Below are positions 41,220 to 52,822 of a stretch of DNA of 64,000 nucleotides, one piece after another. The position numbers and the translations under genes were made by a program. The stretch comes from Tubulanus polymorphus. Lineage: Eukaryota > Animalia > Nemertea. The notes under the pieces are model-generated. The model saw only the letters and a program-made list of their open reading frames with translations. It made no database searches and had not been told where the DNA came from. Each line of letters starts with the position of its first letter. Position 1 is the first letter of the stretch. The stretch is from positions 6,862,778-6,926,777 of the forward strand of contig NC_134030.1 in assembly GCF_964204645.1 (NCBI RefSeq). The letters are read 5' to 3'.

Positions 41220-41498
41220 TTTCTAATCAATATGAAACTGGTTCCTGATGCCAATAATGCAACTGTTATCAATTATGTTCCATTGTCGCAATCAGATGTC
41301 TTTACAATTTCTCTGGATTATACTGCTGTAGATATCAAACTGATTGATCAGTTATAGATACATGTAACATTGTGTGCAGATACTAAGTACAGATCACTGC
41401 ATTACTTAATCCTGTGATTGAACAGTGATTTGTTCTCTCATCTTCACAATTCCCATCCGTCTAACTAAAACATCGTAACACTTCAACTCATCTAACCC
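41220..41498. repeat. Left arm of a long-range inverted repeat (right arm 48932-49222)
   Basis: atcctgtgattgaacagtgatttgttctctcatcttcacaattcccatc is the exact reverse complement of a segment at about 48973-49021. Similarity extends over about 280 bp. Confidence 0.9.
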
Positions 41499-41499
41499 T

Positions 41500-41765
41500 T
41501 GGGTTCGGGGAGGGTGGGTAGGGTTGGGGGGAGGCAGGGGTAGAGGGAGGGGGGAGGGAAGGGGTGAGGGAGGGTGGGAGGGAAGGGGTGTGGGAGGGTG
41601 GGAGGGAAGCTGAGTGGAAGGGTGGGAGGGAAGCTGTGTGGGAGGGAAGCTGAGTGGAAGGGTGGACGGAAGTTGTCTGGGAGGGATGTGGTGGGTCGAG
41701 GAGGATGGGCGGTGGTAGGACTTTGGAGGGTGGGATGAAGGATTTAGGTGGATGGTAGTTTAGGG
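41500..41765 (+). repeat. G-rich tract with G-quadruplex potential
   Basis: Many GGG runs such as gggagggtgggagggaagggg. Confidence 0.85.
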
Positions 41766-41812
41766 TCAGGTACAGGTTTAGTCGTTGTGTAGTTATTTTT
41801 AGTCTTGAACTT

Positions 41813-42498
41813 CAGGATATTTCAGAAAATGTGTCCCATTTTTCATTATATTCTAATAACCAATTGAATTAATTAGTATAAAACACCTATACTGTTAGGA
41901 ATTGTCGCCTAAGACTTGAACACGTCATGTTACAGTCATTGAGCAATGACAAGCTGTATAACCACTGGCCACGTGGACTATTTCTATTAGATTTACTGGT
42001 TCATAGCGCGTTTGCCGTCTATGAGACCCGGGTTCGATCCCCGATGAGCGGGCATAATTTCACTTTCACTTCTCTTAATTGTTAAGAGGTAATTGCTCCA
42101 GATTTTTGAATGGGCACTTTTCAATTCTTAGGGACGTTATTCAAGTTGGCCACGAATGAGTAATTTACTCGAATGATTTTAGAAACTGCTCCCTTGTTGC
42201 GATTGTAATGTAGCTTAATGAGCAATTCAATTTATAAACAACTATTATTTTTTATGTAAATAATTGCAATTGAAACATGGCTGCCGAGTTGTCATAACAT
42301 GACATGAAAGCGTTAAATAGTGACCCTATATACCATGTGCGCCCCTGATGTTCATTGCTGCTTCCTCTTTGGCTGCAGATTTGAAGACAAACATACTCTT
42401 TATTTTTAAAAAGAGCATTGAACATATTAGAAAAGTGATTAATAATTAGTTATCCTAGTGTTTTCAAAAAGAGGGGACATATTTTCTGAAATAAACTG
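41813..42498. mobile_element. Degenerate non-autonomous Tc1/mariner-like element containing a tRNA-like B-box segment at about 41995-42055
   Basis: TIRs caggatatttcagaaaatgtgtccc / ggggacatattttctgaaataaactg|ta; internal gagacccgggttcgatcccc. Confidence 0.5.
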
Positions 42499-43249
42499 TA
42501 CGATTTATAGGTGGAACAAATGATGACTAGGATTGACAAAGACACAGAGTGACTATTGTTCTATCATACATTCAACAACTTACATTTCTGAATAGGATTA
42601 GGCCTATATTCTATTGACATCAGTTTATTTCAAGCTGTGACTTATTCTATCTAGACAGAATTTAAGGTGGCTTCGATCTGAACTGATTGTACTTGTAAAT
42701 CTTTGACTGAATTGAACCAGATGTAGTTTTACCTGAGTTTTCACAATAAGTAGTTCACTTTGATAAAGCGCATTTTTAGTTACGTATCTAAGATTATTGC
42801 TGTGTTTGAGGTTTTTGAGAATCCTTGAGAATTATTTAAAATCTTAGCGATTTACTAGTAGGAAACGTGTTAATTTTTTCATTAACTCCATCCATTTTAA
42901 GGCAATTGGCGTAGGCCTATGTTATAATTAATTGTAAATACTATTTTTTCCTCCATATACCATGCACATGGTTAGAGAGTAATTAATATTCATTTTGATA
43001 ACAATGCAATCCAATGAAGATTTATTGATTCCAAGTTTACGTGTGGGCTTTCGAACCCATGAGACCTACGTGTGAAATGTTCCTTTTGGAAAATATGATT
43101 CCGATAAAATCATCAGATCATTATGATGGCTAACGTGGGCCATACTAAAAAATTTTCTGTAAGGCTTATAATTTTAACATTAGCCTGTTTTATCGCGTCA
43201 AATACAATTTTTCTGCACGGGTAGAGGCTAGATGAAACATGTTTTTACA

Positions 43250-44830
43250 TTGGCAAATTTTTTTTCAAACTGCTTTGTTTTCATTTCGTTTCTCACTTTC
43301 ATTGATTTTCAGATTCCCTTAATTTGCCTAGCTGTACGCGGCACAAATATCACTATCTGAAAAATAGAAAACCAAAAGTTTTGAATTCTCACGCGAGAAA
43401 ACCAAACTCTTTGTTTTCTTTTTTCATTTCTTACTTTTATTGATTTTCTCTTAATTTGCCTTCAGCAGTCCGCGGCACAGATATCACTTTCTGAAAAAAT
43501 GAAAACCGAAAGTTTTGAATTCTCGCGCGAGTAAACAAAAGGTTTTGAATTCTCGTGTGAGAAAACAAAACTGTTTTGTTTTCTGGTTTAACTTCTCTTT
43601 TATCAATTTTCAGATTTTCTTAATTTGCTTTCAGCAGAACACGGCGCAGGATATCATCATCTGAAAAATAGAAAACCAAAAGTTCGGAATTCTCGCGTGA
43701 GAAAACCAAACTGTTTGTTTTCTTGTTTCATTTCTTAATTTTATTGATTTTCTCTTAATTTGCCTTCAGCAGTACGCGGCACAGGATATCACTATTTGAA
43801 ATATAGAAAACCAAAAGTTTTGGAATTCTGGCGTGAGAAAACAAAATGTTTTGAATTCTCGTGTGAGAAAACCAACTGTTTTGTTTTCTCATTTCATTTC
43901 TATTTTTCATTGATTTTTAGATTTTCAGATTCTCTTAATTTACCTTCAGCAGTACGCGGCACAGATATCACTGTCTGAAAATGGAATACCGCAAGATTTG
44001 AGTTCTCTTGTGACAAAACAAAAAGTTTTGTATTCTCGTGTGAGAAAACAAAACTGTTTTGTTTTCTGGTTTAACTTCTCTCTTTTATCAATTTTCAGAT
44101 TTTCTTAATTTGCTTTCAGCAGAACACGGCGCAGGATATCATCATCTGAAAAATAGAAAACCAAAAGTTCGGAATTCTCGCGTGAGAAAACCAAACTGTT
44201 TGTTTTCTTGTTTCATTTCTTAATTTTATTGATTTTCTCTTAATTTGCCTTCAGCAGTACGCGGCACGGGATATCACTATTTGAAATATAGAAAACCAAA
44301 AGTTTTGGAATTCTGGCGCGAGAAAACAAAAATTTTTTGAATTCTCGTGTGAGAAAACCAACTGTTTTGTTTTCTCATTTCATTTCTATTTTTCATTGAT
44401 TTTTAGATTTTCAGATTCTCTTAATTTGCCTTCAGCAGTACGCGGCACAGGTATCACTATCTGAAAAATAGAAAACCAAAAGATTTGAATTCTCGCGCGA
44501 GAAAACAAAAAGTTTTGAATTCTCGCGCGACAAAACCAATGATTTACTTTTCTCGTTTAATTTCTCACTTTTATCAATTTTCAGATATCACAATCTGAAA
44601 AAAAGAGAACAAAGTTTTGTCATTCTCGCGCGAGAAAACAAAAAGTTTTGAATTCTTGCGCAAGAAAACCAATCTGATTTAATTCTTCACTTTTATCGAT
44701 TTTCAGATTCTCTTTATTTGCCTTGAGCAGTACGCGGCACAGATATATCTATCTGAAAAAAAAGAAAACCTAACATTTATATTCTTCCTTTTTGTTTTCT
44801 CGTGTGAGAAAACCAAAATGTTTTGTATTT
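43250..44830. repeat. Complex satellite of about 140-190-bp units with higher-order structure
   Basis: Recurring ttgccttcagcagtacgcggcacagatatcact and gaattctcgcgcgagaaaac. 43550-43975 is repeated at about 44030-44460. Confidence 0.92.
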
Positions 44831-45439
44831 TAGCATGCAAAAAGTGTTTTGTGTAGAAAATATGCCAATGAAAAAATTCTTTTTCATCGTTCCTCTAGCC
44901 ATACAGAAAACATTTTCAGTATTGCCTGAATCAGCCACCATAGATTATCCTTGCGATCGCTTAGATCTACAAATACTCCATCTGTATTTTGAATATTATA
45001 GAATTAGCATTATAAAAGCACTGTTGAGACATCGTAGATTCCCTGCTGAACTATTATGATGAATTATGATTTGAGGGCGGGGCTTGACTGTGATTTGAAC
45101 AAATAAATTCAATAAGGAATTATGGCCTCGAATCGAAGCCATTCAAATTTGTACAGTTCATAGCTGCGTGAATTGGCAGCACCAATTGAATGTGTTACGA
45201 TTTAGCTATTTTGGCTAAATAGTAATGCTGTTTGTAAAATATTTTTCATGTAACTTTAGGGCAGAACATCTGCTGTGTTTATAACATTTAGTGTAGATCG
45301 ACATTCAAGACCTTTCACACTGGCATCTTTAGGCTTCATTGTTCCAATTCATAGTATCCATTAGGCTTATTATTATATAAACATTGGTTGAAACCATGGT
45401 CTTGAGTGGCGATCTCTCTACTTGTAGAGATTTATAGAG

Positions 45440-45887
45440 TATTTTAGTTATACTATTGTATATAGAATGTTTGGGAGTTTATTTAGTAATTAACTAATGG
45501 AAAGGGATTGAGACTTGGGGTGATATTCTGGGGATAAAAAGGGTTAGTTCAGTAGATTCGGGGAGAACGAGACCAAGTAAGAGAGGAGAACGGGAACTAG
45601 TAGAGTAGTAGAGAGAGGAGAACCGAGAGATCAGATCGGGATCGTACGGGAGATTAGCCGAGGGATTGGATCTGGATCAGACGGGTCGACTATAGGATTG
45701 TAGCCACACCATGGAAGAAATTATATATCGGATAATGGAATAAACATATATCATATTATACCAGATAAAGGCAAACTACTGAGTTAAGTTAAGTATACTT
45801 TTTATATCCCGGATTCTAGGAGCTAGGCAAATCGTTTACAAATAGGTTATCGGTAACAAGAGATACCGATAGGTAAGATATATAACA
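45440..45887 (+). mobile_element. Possible solo-LTR-like sequence
   Basis: Purine-rich block, TATA-like gataaaaa, AATAAA at about 45739, a small hairpin, and an end in ...TATAACA. The 5' TG end and the target duplication were not identified. Confidence 0.3.
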
Positions 45888-46106
45888 TAAGTCGTTCACT
45901 TAAGAGATATTGTAGCAAAAGCGACGTAGCAAAAGAAAACAACGACCACTAAGATCGAACGACACTTAAAATCGTTTCAAATGCCACAAACTGTGATTTG
46001 GACAAACTAATTCATTACTGATTTTATTGCTTCCAAGTTGTTTAAGATAGCAGAATCATTAATGCAGAAAACCCGTTATATTGTATTGCTGCCTTGCAGC
46101 TATATT

Positions 46107-46205
46107 TCTCATTCATGAAGATCACTTAGAATATAGTCGAAACGTAGAATAAACTTCACACGCCAAGGAAACATTTTCAGACTTTATGTTATTTTTTCGT
46201 TATCA
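46107..46205 (+). mobile_element. Second, degenerate copy of the Penelope-like hammerhead remnant seen at 13642-13735
   Basis: ctcattc-ATGAAGA-tcact...agtc-GAAA-C-GTA-gaat; the catalytic-core C3 is changed to A. Downstream sequence also aligns. Confidence 0.55.
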
Positions 46206-46663
46206 TTTCGAACATGGATTTAGTGTATTATCATAGGTTAGGTATATTTCTCTTTATGACAGCTAAATCATTTTGCCATTTTTCATGATCATATCAGTTT
46301 ATATTTTAAATTTTATCTATGCTTCAATTTGTCAGTTTATATTCATAGCTCTTAGACTTTAGATTGATGGATCATTCCAGACTCTAATTAGTTCCTTATT
46401 TTTGACTTCATTGATTATTACACAGATTGTGAACCCATCTAGGGTATAATCTTTAGCTTTGTGATCATATATCAGTCCAATTATGGTCGGTTTTCAAAAC
46501 ATGCAGTGCTCAATTTCGTGTGTTTGTTTCAGCAGTGACCATTTTAATGGCTAACAACGGCTCTGCATGTAATGTATCAAAATTCAAAACCAACTTAGCA
46601 TCTTTCTTATAAAATTTATTCTCATGTTATCGAACCAAGGCTGTGTGCTAAATTTACCCTCCG

Positions 46664-47228
46664 AGGTCACCAAACCAAACTTTGACTATTTGGTCACCAA
46701 ACCAGGGCCATGAACCAAACTTTGACTCTGGTCACTAAACCAGGGCCATGGACCAAACTTTGACTCAAGTAGGTCACCAAACCAGGGCCGTGAACCAAAC
46801 TTTGACTCTGGTCACCAAACCAGGGCCATGGACCAAACTTTGACTCAAGTAGGTCACCAAACCAGGGCCGTGAACCGAACTTTGGCTCTTAGGTTGCCAA
46901 ACCAGGAATATGGACCAAACTGACTCTTTGGTCAATAAACCAGGGCTGTGGACTAAAAGATTTGACTCTGGTCACCAAATGAAGACTGAACCAAACTTTG
47001 AATCTTTATATAGGTCACCAAACCAGGGCCGTGAACCAAACTGACTCTTTGGTCACAAAATGAGGACTGAACCAAACTTTGACTCTTAGGTCACCAAACC
47101 AGGGCCGTGAACCTAACTTTCACTCTTAGGTCACCAAACCATGGCCGTGAACCAACTTTGACTCTTAGGTCACCAAACCAGGGCAATGGACCAAACTTTG
47201 ACTCTGGTCACCAAACCAGGGCCATGAA
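46664..47228. repeat. Minisatellite, unit about 39-42 bp, about 14 copies
   Basis: ggtcaccaaaccagggcc(g/a)tg(a/g)accaaactttgactct. Confidence 0.95.
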
Positions 47229-47581
47229 TGAAATGTCTAAAGCTATTAATGTTTATAAGAACACTAGTTATTTCTTTTGTCTTCACGAATTTATTTGAAA
47301 ATGAAATGATTTAGGTGGAACTAATGACGTTGTTAACGTATACAACATTGTATATCAGCGTTGTGGCTGCTACTGTTTAATTGGCAGCTGTAAGGGATTC
47401 TCTAAATTAACTAACATATTTTACTGTCACTAAGTTGTCTCTAAAATAGATACAAACTTGATCCCAGTTGGAACTGGTGAGTGCCAGTGAGAAGACAACT
47501 AATAAAATGAGAAAGGCCGAAAAAGAAAAAGCCATATGAAAAGAAAAATATGAAGCGAATGTGAAACAGCATAAAATGCTG

Positions 47582-47778
47582 ATATAAAGAGTGGAGTCTG
47601 AGAGCAATTCGAAGGTTTAGTGTCCTGCTGGCCTAGATGGCGGGCAGGGGTCTATTCCTACCTCGACTCCAAAACACAGAGAATAATATAAAGAGTGGGG
47701 TCCGAGAGCAATTCGAAGGTTTAGTGTCCTGCTGGCTTAGCGAGCGGGCAGGGGTCTATTCCTACCTCGACTCAAAAA
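47582..47778. repeat. Two tandem copies of a GC-rich hairpin-forming unit of about 100 bp
   Basis: atataaagagtgg(a/g)gtc..gagagcaattcgaaggtttagtgtcctgctggc...gcgggcaggggtctattcctacctcgactc, twice. Confidence 0.9.
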
Positions 47779-48644
47779 AGGATAATTCTGTGTGCTGAAA
47801 CATTCGCAAAAAAGAGTTGGAAAAGAAAAACAAAGAAAAATGGCAACTGATGAAATATGGTTGTACATTTATTCGTTCCGCTGGGTTCAAGTTTATCTTA
47901 AAAAGACAATGAAACAGATTGATCGATAAATCTTATGAAAAGGATTCCATAGAACAACTTGCTCAAAAAGCCTCTAGTGGAGAGTATAGAAATGTCTAAT
48001 CTGACTATCAACTGTCATTGTTCCACAATGGTTTCATAATGAGACTGATGCCATGTTGAATTCGTGAAGCAACATAAATAGCCTTGTTAGTGTTTGATTC
48101 ATCCAAATCAGCCATCATTCTTGTCCTTGGTTTGTGTTTGCCTTCCTTACAACATCGTTAGTGTAGAGGTTTGGCTGCTTCTGGTGAACCCTCCATACCT
48201 CCTTCCCTTGCAGCAATGTTAATTTAGTATCTTAGGTTTGGTTTGATAATGTAGAGATAAACACCTCTACAACTGAATTGATAAATGAAACCTATTAACA
48301 GCAACATGCTGTGAAACTTAAATTGATTTGAACAACTCCCGACATAATATAGTCAGTATATAGTCATATAATAACTAGTTGGATGGCTAAGAAAAAATAG
48401 AAAGGAATAATTTGAAAACAATTCCTCATTTGATAAAGGAATCACCTATGAAAATGAGGCCTTGTGATTTTCGATTGGTTTGTGAACATGGTTTTTGATC
48501 ATTTGAGTCTTGTGAATGATGCAATCGATTAAGGATTTTGAGTTGTTTATGAAATTGATATGTTCGTGAAAAATGGCAAATCATTTTGGAGGTTTTTTTG
48601 GAGATAGTAAAGTCATAGGAAGAGACGAAAGAGTTGAGGAGACT

Positions 48645-48932
48645 TGATGGGAGGCTAGGTGGGTGGGCATTGAGGGAGGGCTTGGTGGGTGGGCATTGAG
48701 GGAGGGTTGTTGGGTGGGCATTGAGGGAGGGTGGGAGGGATGGGGTCAGGAGGGCGGGAGGTAAGGGGTCTGGGAGGGCGGGAGGGAAGGGGTCAGGGAG
48801 GGCGGGAGGGATGGGGTCTGGGAGGGCGGGAGGTAAGGGGTCTGGGAGGGCGGGAGGGAAGGGGTCTGGGAGGGCGGGAGGGAAGGGGTCTGGGAGGGGG
48901 GAGGGATGGGGTCTAGGAGGGTCGGGACAGGA
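48645..48932 (+). repeat. G-rich 24-bp minisatellite with G-quadruplex potential
   Basis: (gggagggcgggagggaaggggtct)n. Confidence 0.9.
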
Positions 48933-49222
48933 GGTTAGGTGAGTTGAAGTGTTACGATGTTTTAGTTAGACAGATGGGAATTGTGAAGATGAGAGAACAA
49001 ATCACTGTTCAATCACAGGATGAAGTAATATAGTGATCTGTACTCTGTATCTGAACACAATGTAACATGTATCTGTAACTGTTTAAACAGTCTGATATCT
49101 ACAACAATCTGGAGAAATTGTAAAGACATCTGATTTTGACGAAGGAACATAAGTGATAACAGTTGTTGATAGTTGTTGTTTACTGTTATCGGCACTAGGG
49201 ACCAATTTCTGATTGATTGAAA
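48932..49222. repeat. Right arm of the long-range inverted repeat
   Basis: Diverged reverse complement of 41220-41498. Confidence 0.9.
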
Positions 49223-49620
49223 ACTTTGAGATGTTACTTGCTGCTCTGTTGTCACTGATTGTGTCTTTTTTCAGAATGAAATAAAAGCAATAGAATCAAC
49301 TATCCAAAAGTTAAGTTTTAAAACTATGAATGAATTTCTCTACAGAATTCTACAAAATTCTATCTGTTTATTTTTTCATATCACAGCAGTTTGAGGTAAG
49401 TTTTCAATCATTTAAATCCCGATTGAAGTTGAAAATATCAACGTGTTATGTTTTTCATACATATTTCCAGTGGACAGAGCTATGGAGGTTTTGGACTCAA
49501 CATTCAAATACTGATGGCTTAAAAACATTGATGAAAATGGTGAGTTTTTGTATATGGTTTCAATCTGCTCTTATTTTATGACAACTATGGTCCCATTCTT
49601 TTTTCTATTCTCGATTTTAG

Positions 49621-52600
49621 GGGCCAAAATGAAGTTGAACCTTTGCAAATCTGCAAACAGCAAACATGCGCTCTACGAATCACACAAGTCAGAAGAGGTG
49701 AGTTTTCTATCGATTTATTGCAGTAATTTGTGGTATTATATGCAATAAACTTTCTCTACATAATTCAACCTATTTCTTGCTTGTTTTACAACTGTATGCT
49801 TCAATTATTTATGTCTTAGCTTTTCAGGAAATCATCAGTGCCCTTAACTTAATGACATTATGGCTCTCTGAAGTGAAATTCTGCTCGAAATGGAAATCTG
49901 CATGTATGGTCAAAAGGCACTAAAACTAATCCGATACAAGTTTGGAAATGGTGAGTTTTTCATCACTCCACTGTGCGCTTACCGGTATTTGTTAATACTC
50001 TAGCAATATATTGTTCTATGCGGCATTTTTGTGTGTCATTCTCTCAAAAGCTTTGTAAGAAGTGTGGCTGCTGCTGCATCCTCTATCACCTTGGAAAATA
50101 TCGTGGACATCATGCTACAATAATCAAAACAAGTAGGAAAAATTGTAATTTTCAGAATAGCAGACATACATGTGATGTTTCTTTATTTCACTAATCAATT
50201 TTCTCTTTACAGAATAAGATCCACACAGCACCAGAATTTACAGTTCAAAAGACCTGGTTCAAAGTTCATCTTCAACATATTGCTAGATCCTCCTCACATG
50301 CATCCTAATTATATTGCAAACACAAAAGCGAAGAAAGCTGTGAGTTTTATTTTGAAACAGCTCTTATTTCATAACAACTTCACTGACAATTTATAGCATT
50401 TATACATTTGTATTTTAGGCCAAAATAAGCGGAACCCTTAACAAATCTGCAAACAGCAAACATGCGCTCTACGAATCACACAAGTCAGAAGAGGTGAGTT
50501 TTCTATCGATTTATTGCAGTAATTTGTGGTATTATATGCAATAAACTTTCTCTACATAATTCAACCTGGTTCTTGCTTGTTTTACAACTGTATGCTTCAA
50601 TTATTTGTGTCTTAGCTTTTTCAGGAAATCATCAGTGCCCTTAACTTAATGAAATTATGGCTCTCTGAAGTGAAATTCTGCTCGAAATGGAAATCTGCAT
50701 GTATGGACAAAAGGCACTAAAACTAATCCGATACAAGTTTGGAAATGGTGAGTTTTTCATCACTCCACTGTGCGCTTACCGGTATTTGTTAATACTCTAG
50801 CAATATATTGTTCTATGCGGCATTTTTGTGTGTCATTCTCTCAAAAGCTTTGTAAGAAGTGTGGCTGCTGCTGCATCCTCTATCACCTTGGGAAATATCG
50901 TGGACATCATGCTACAATAATCAAAACAAGTAGGAAAAATTGTAATTTTCAGAATAGCAGACATACATGTGATGTTTCTTTATTTCACTAATCAATTTTC
51001 TCTTTACAGAATAAGATCCACACAGCACCAGAATTTACAGTTCAAAAGACCTGGTTCAAAGTTCATCTTCAACATATTGCTAGATCCTCCTCACATGCAT
51101 CCTAATTATATTGCAAACACAAAAGCGAAGAAAGCTGTGAGTTTTATTTTGAAACAGCTCTTATTTCATAACAACTTCACTGACAATTTATAGCATTTAT
51201 ACATTTGTATTTTAGGCCAAAATAAGCGGAACCCTTAACAAATCTGCAAACAGCAAACATGCGCTCTACGAATCACACAAGTCAGAAGAGGTGAGTTTTC
51301 TATCGATTTATTGCAGTAATTTGTGGTATTATATGCAATAAACTTTCTCTACATAATTCAACCTGGTTCTTGCTTGTTTTACAACTGTATGCTTCAATTA
51401 TTTGTGTCTTAGCTTTTTCAGGAAATCATCAGTGCCCTTAACTTAATGAAATTATGGCTCTCTGAAGTGAAATTCTGCTCGAAATGGAAATCTGCATGTA
51501 TGGACAAAAGGCACTAAAACTAATCCGATACAAGTTTGGAAATGGTGAGTTTTTCATCACTCCACTGTGTGCTTATTTGTTAATAATCTAGCAATATATT
51601 GTTCTATGCGGCATTTTTATGTGTCATTCTCTCAAAAGCTTTGTAAGAAGTGTGGCTGCTGCTGCATCCTCTATCACCTTGGGAAATATCGTGGACATTA
51701 TGCTACAATAATCAAAACAAGTAAGAAAAATTGTAATTTTCAGAATAGCAGACATACATGTGATGTTTCTTTATTTCACTAATCAATTTTCTCTTTACAG
51801 AATAAGATCCACACAGCACCAGAATTTACAGTTCAAAAGACCTGGTTCAAAGTTCATCTTCAACATATTGCTAGATCCTCCTCACATGCATCCTAATTAT
51901 ATTGCAAACACAAAAGCGAAGAAAGCTGTGAGTTTTATTTTGAAACAGCTCTTATTTCATAACAACTTCACTGACAATTTATAGCATTTATACATTTGTA
52001 TTTTAGGCCAAAATAATTGGAACCCTTAACAAATCTGCAAACAGCAAACATGCGCTCTACGAATCACACAAGTGAGAAGAGGTGAGTTTTCTATCGATTT
52101 ATTGCAGTAATTTGTGGTATTATATGCAATAAACTTTCTCTACATAATTCAACCTATTTCTTGCTTGTTTTACAACTGTATGCTTCAATTATTTATGTCT
52201 TAGCTTTTTCAGGAAATCATCAGTGCCCTTAACTTAATGAAATTATGGCTCTCTGAAGTGAAATTCTGCTCGAAATGGAAATCTGCATGTATGGTCAAAA
52301 GGCACTAAAACTAATCCGATACAAGTTTGGAAATGGTGAGTTTTTCATCACTCCACTGTGTGCTTATTTGTTAATAATCTAGCAATATATTGTTCTATGC
52401 GGCATTTTTATGTGTCATTCTCTCAAAAGCTTTGTAAGAAGTGTGGCTGCTGCTGCATCCTCTATCACCTTGGGAAATATCGTGGACATTATGCTACAAT
52501 AATCAAAACAAGTAAGAAAAATTGTAATTTTCAGAATAGCAGACATACATGTGATGTTTCTTTATTTCACTAATCAATTTTCTCTTTTCAGAATAAAATC

Positions 52601-52822
52601 CACACAGCACCAGAATTTACAGTTCAAAAGACCTGGTTCAAAGTTCATCTTCAACATATTGCTAGATCTTCCTCTCATGCATCCTAATAATATTGCAAAC
52701 ACAAAAGCGAAGAAAGCTGTGAGTTTTATTTTGAAACAGCTCTAATTTCATAACAACTTCACTGACAATTTATAGCATTTATACATTTGTATTTTAGGCC
52801 AAAATAAGCGGAACCCTTAACA
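49621..52822 (+). repeat. Tandem array of four 791-797-bp units, each made of four mini-exons and four short introns; diverged extra copy at about 53140-54130
   Basis: The ORF track repeats with periods of 797 and 791 bp. Unit 1 exons: 49621-49697, 49828-49950, 50051-50132, 50213-50339. Confidence 0.93.

Noticed and set aside
41985-42058. Functional tRNA gene
   Set aside because: Only the B-box/T-arm is recognisable. No convincing acceptor, D or anticodon stems; more likely a tRNA-derived repeat fragment.
46664-47228. Possible CRISPR-like array
   Set aside because: Head-to-tail minisatellite without unique spacers.
48721-48942. Gly/Arg-rich ORFs
   Set aside because: Translation of the G-rich minisatellite, with non-ATG starts.
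49973-52745. Repeated 64-74-aa ORFs as a tandem small-protein (toxin-like) family
   Set aside because: They start at GTG codons in intron-like sequence, cross the splice signals, and have no signal peptide.
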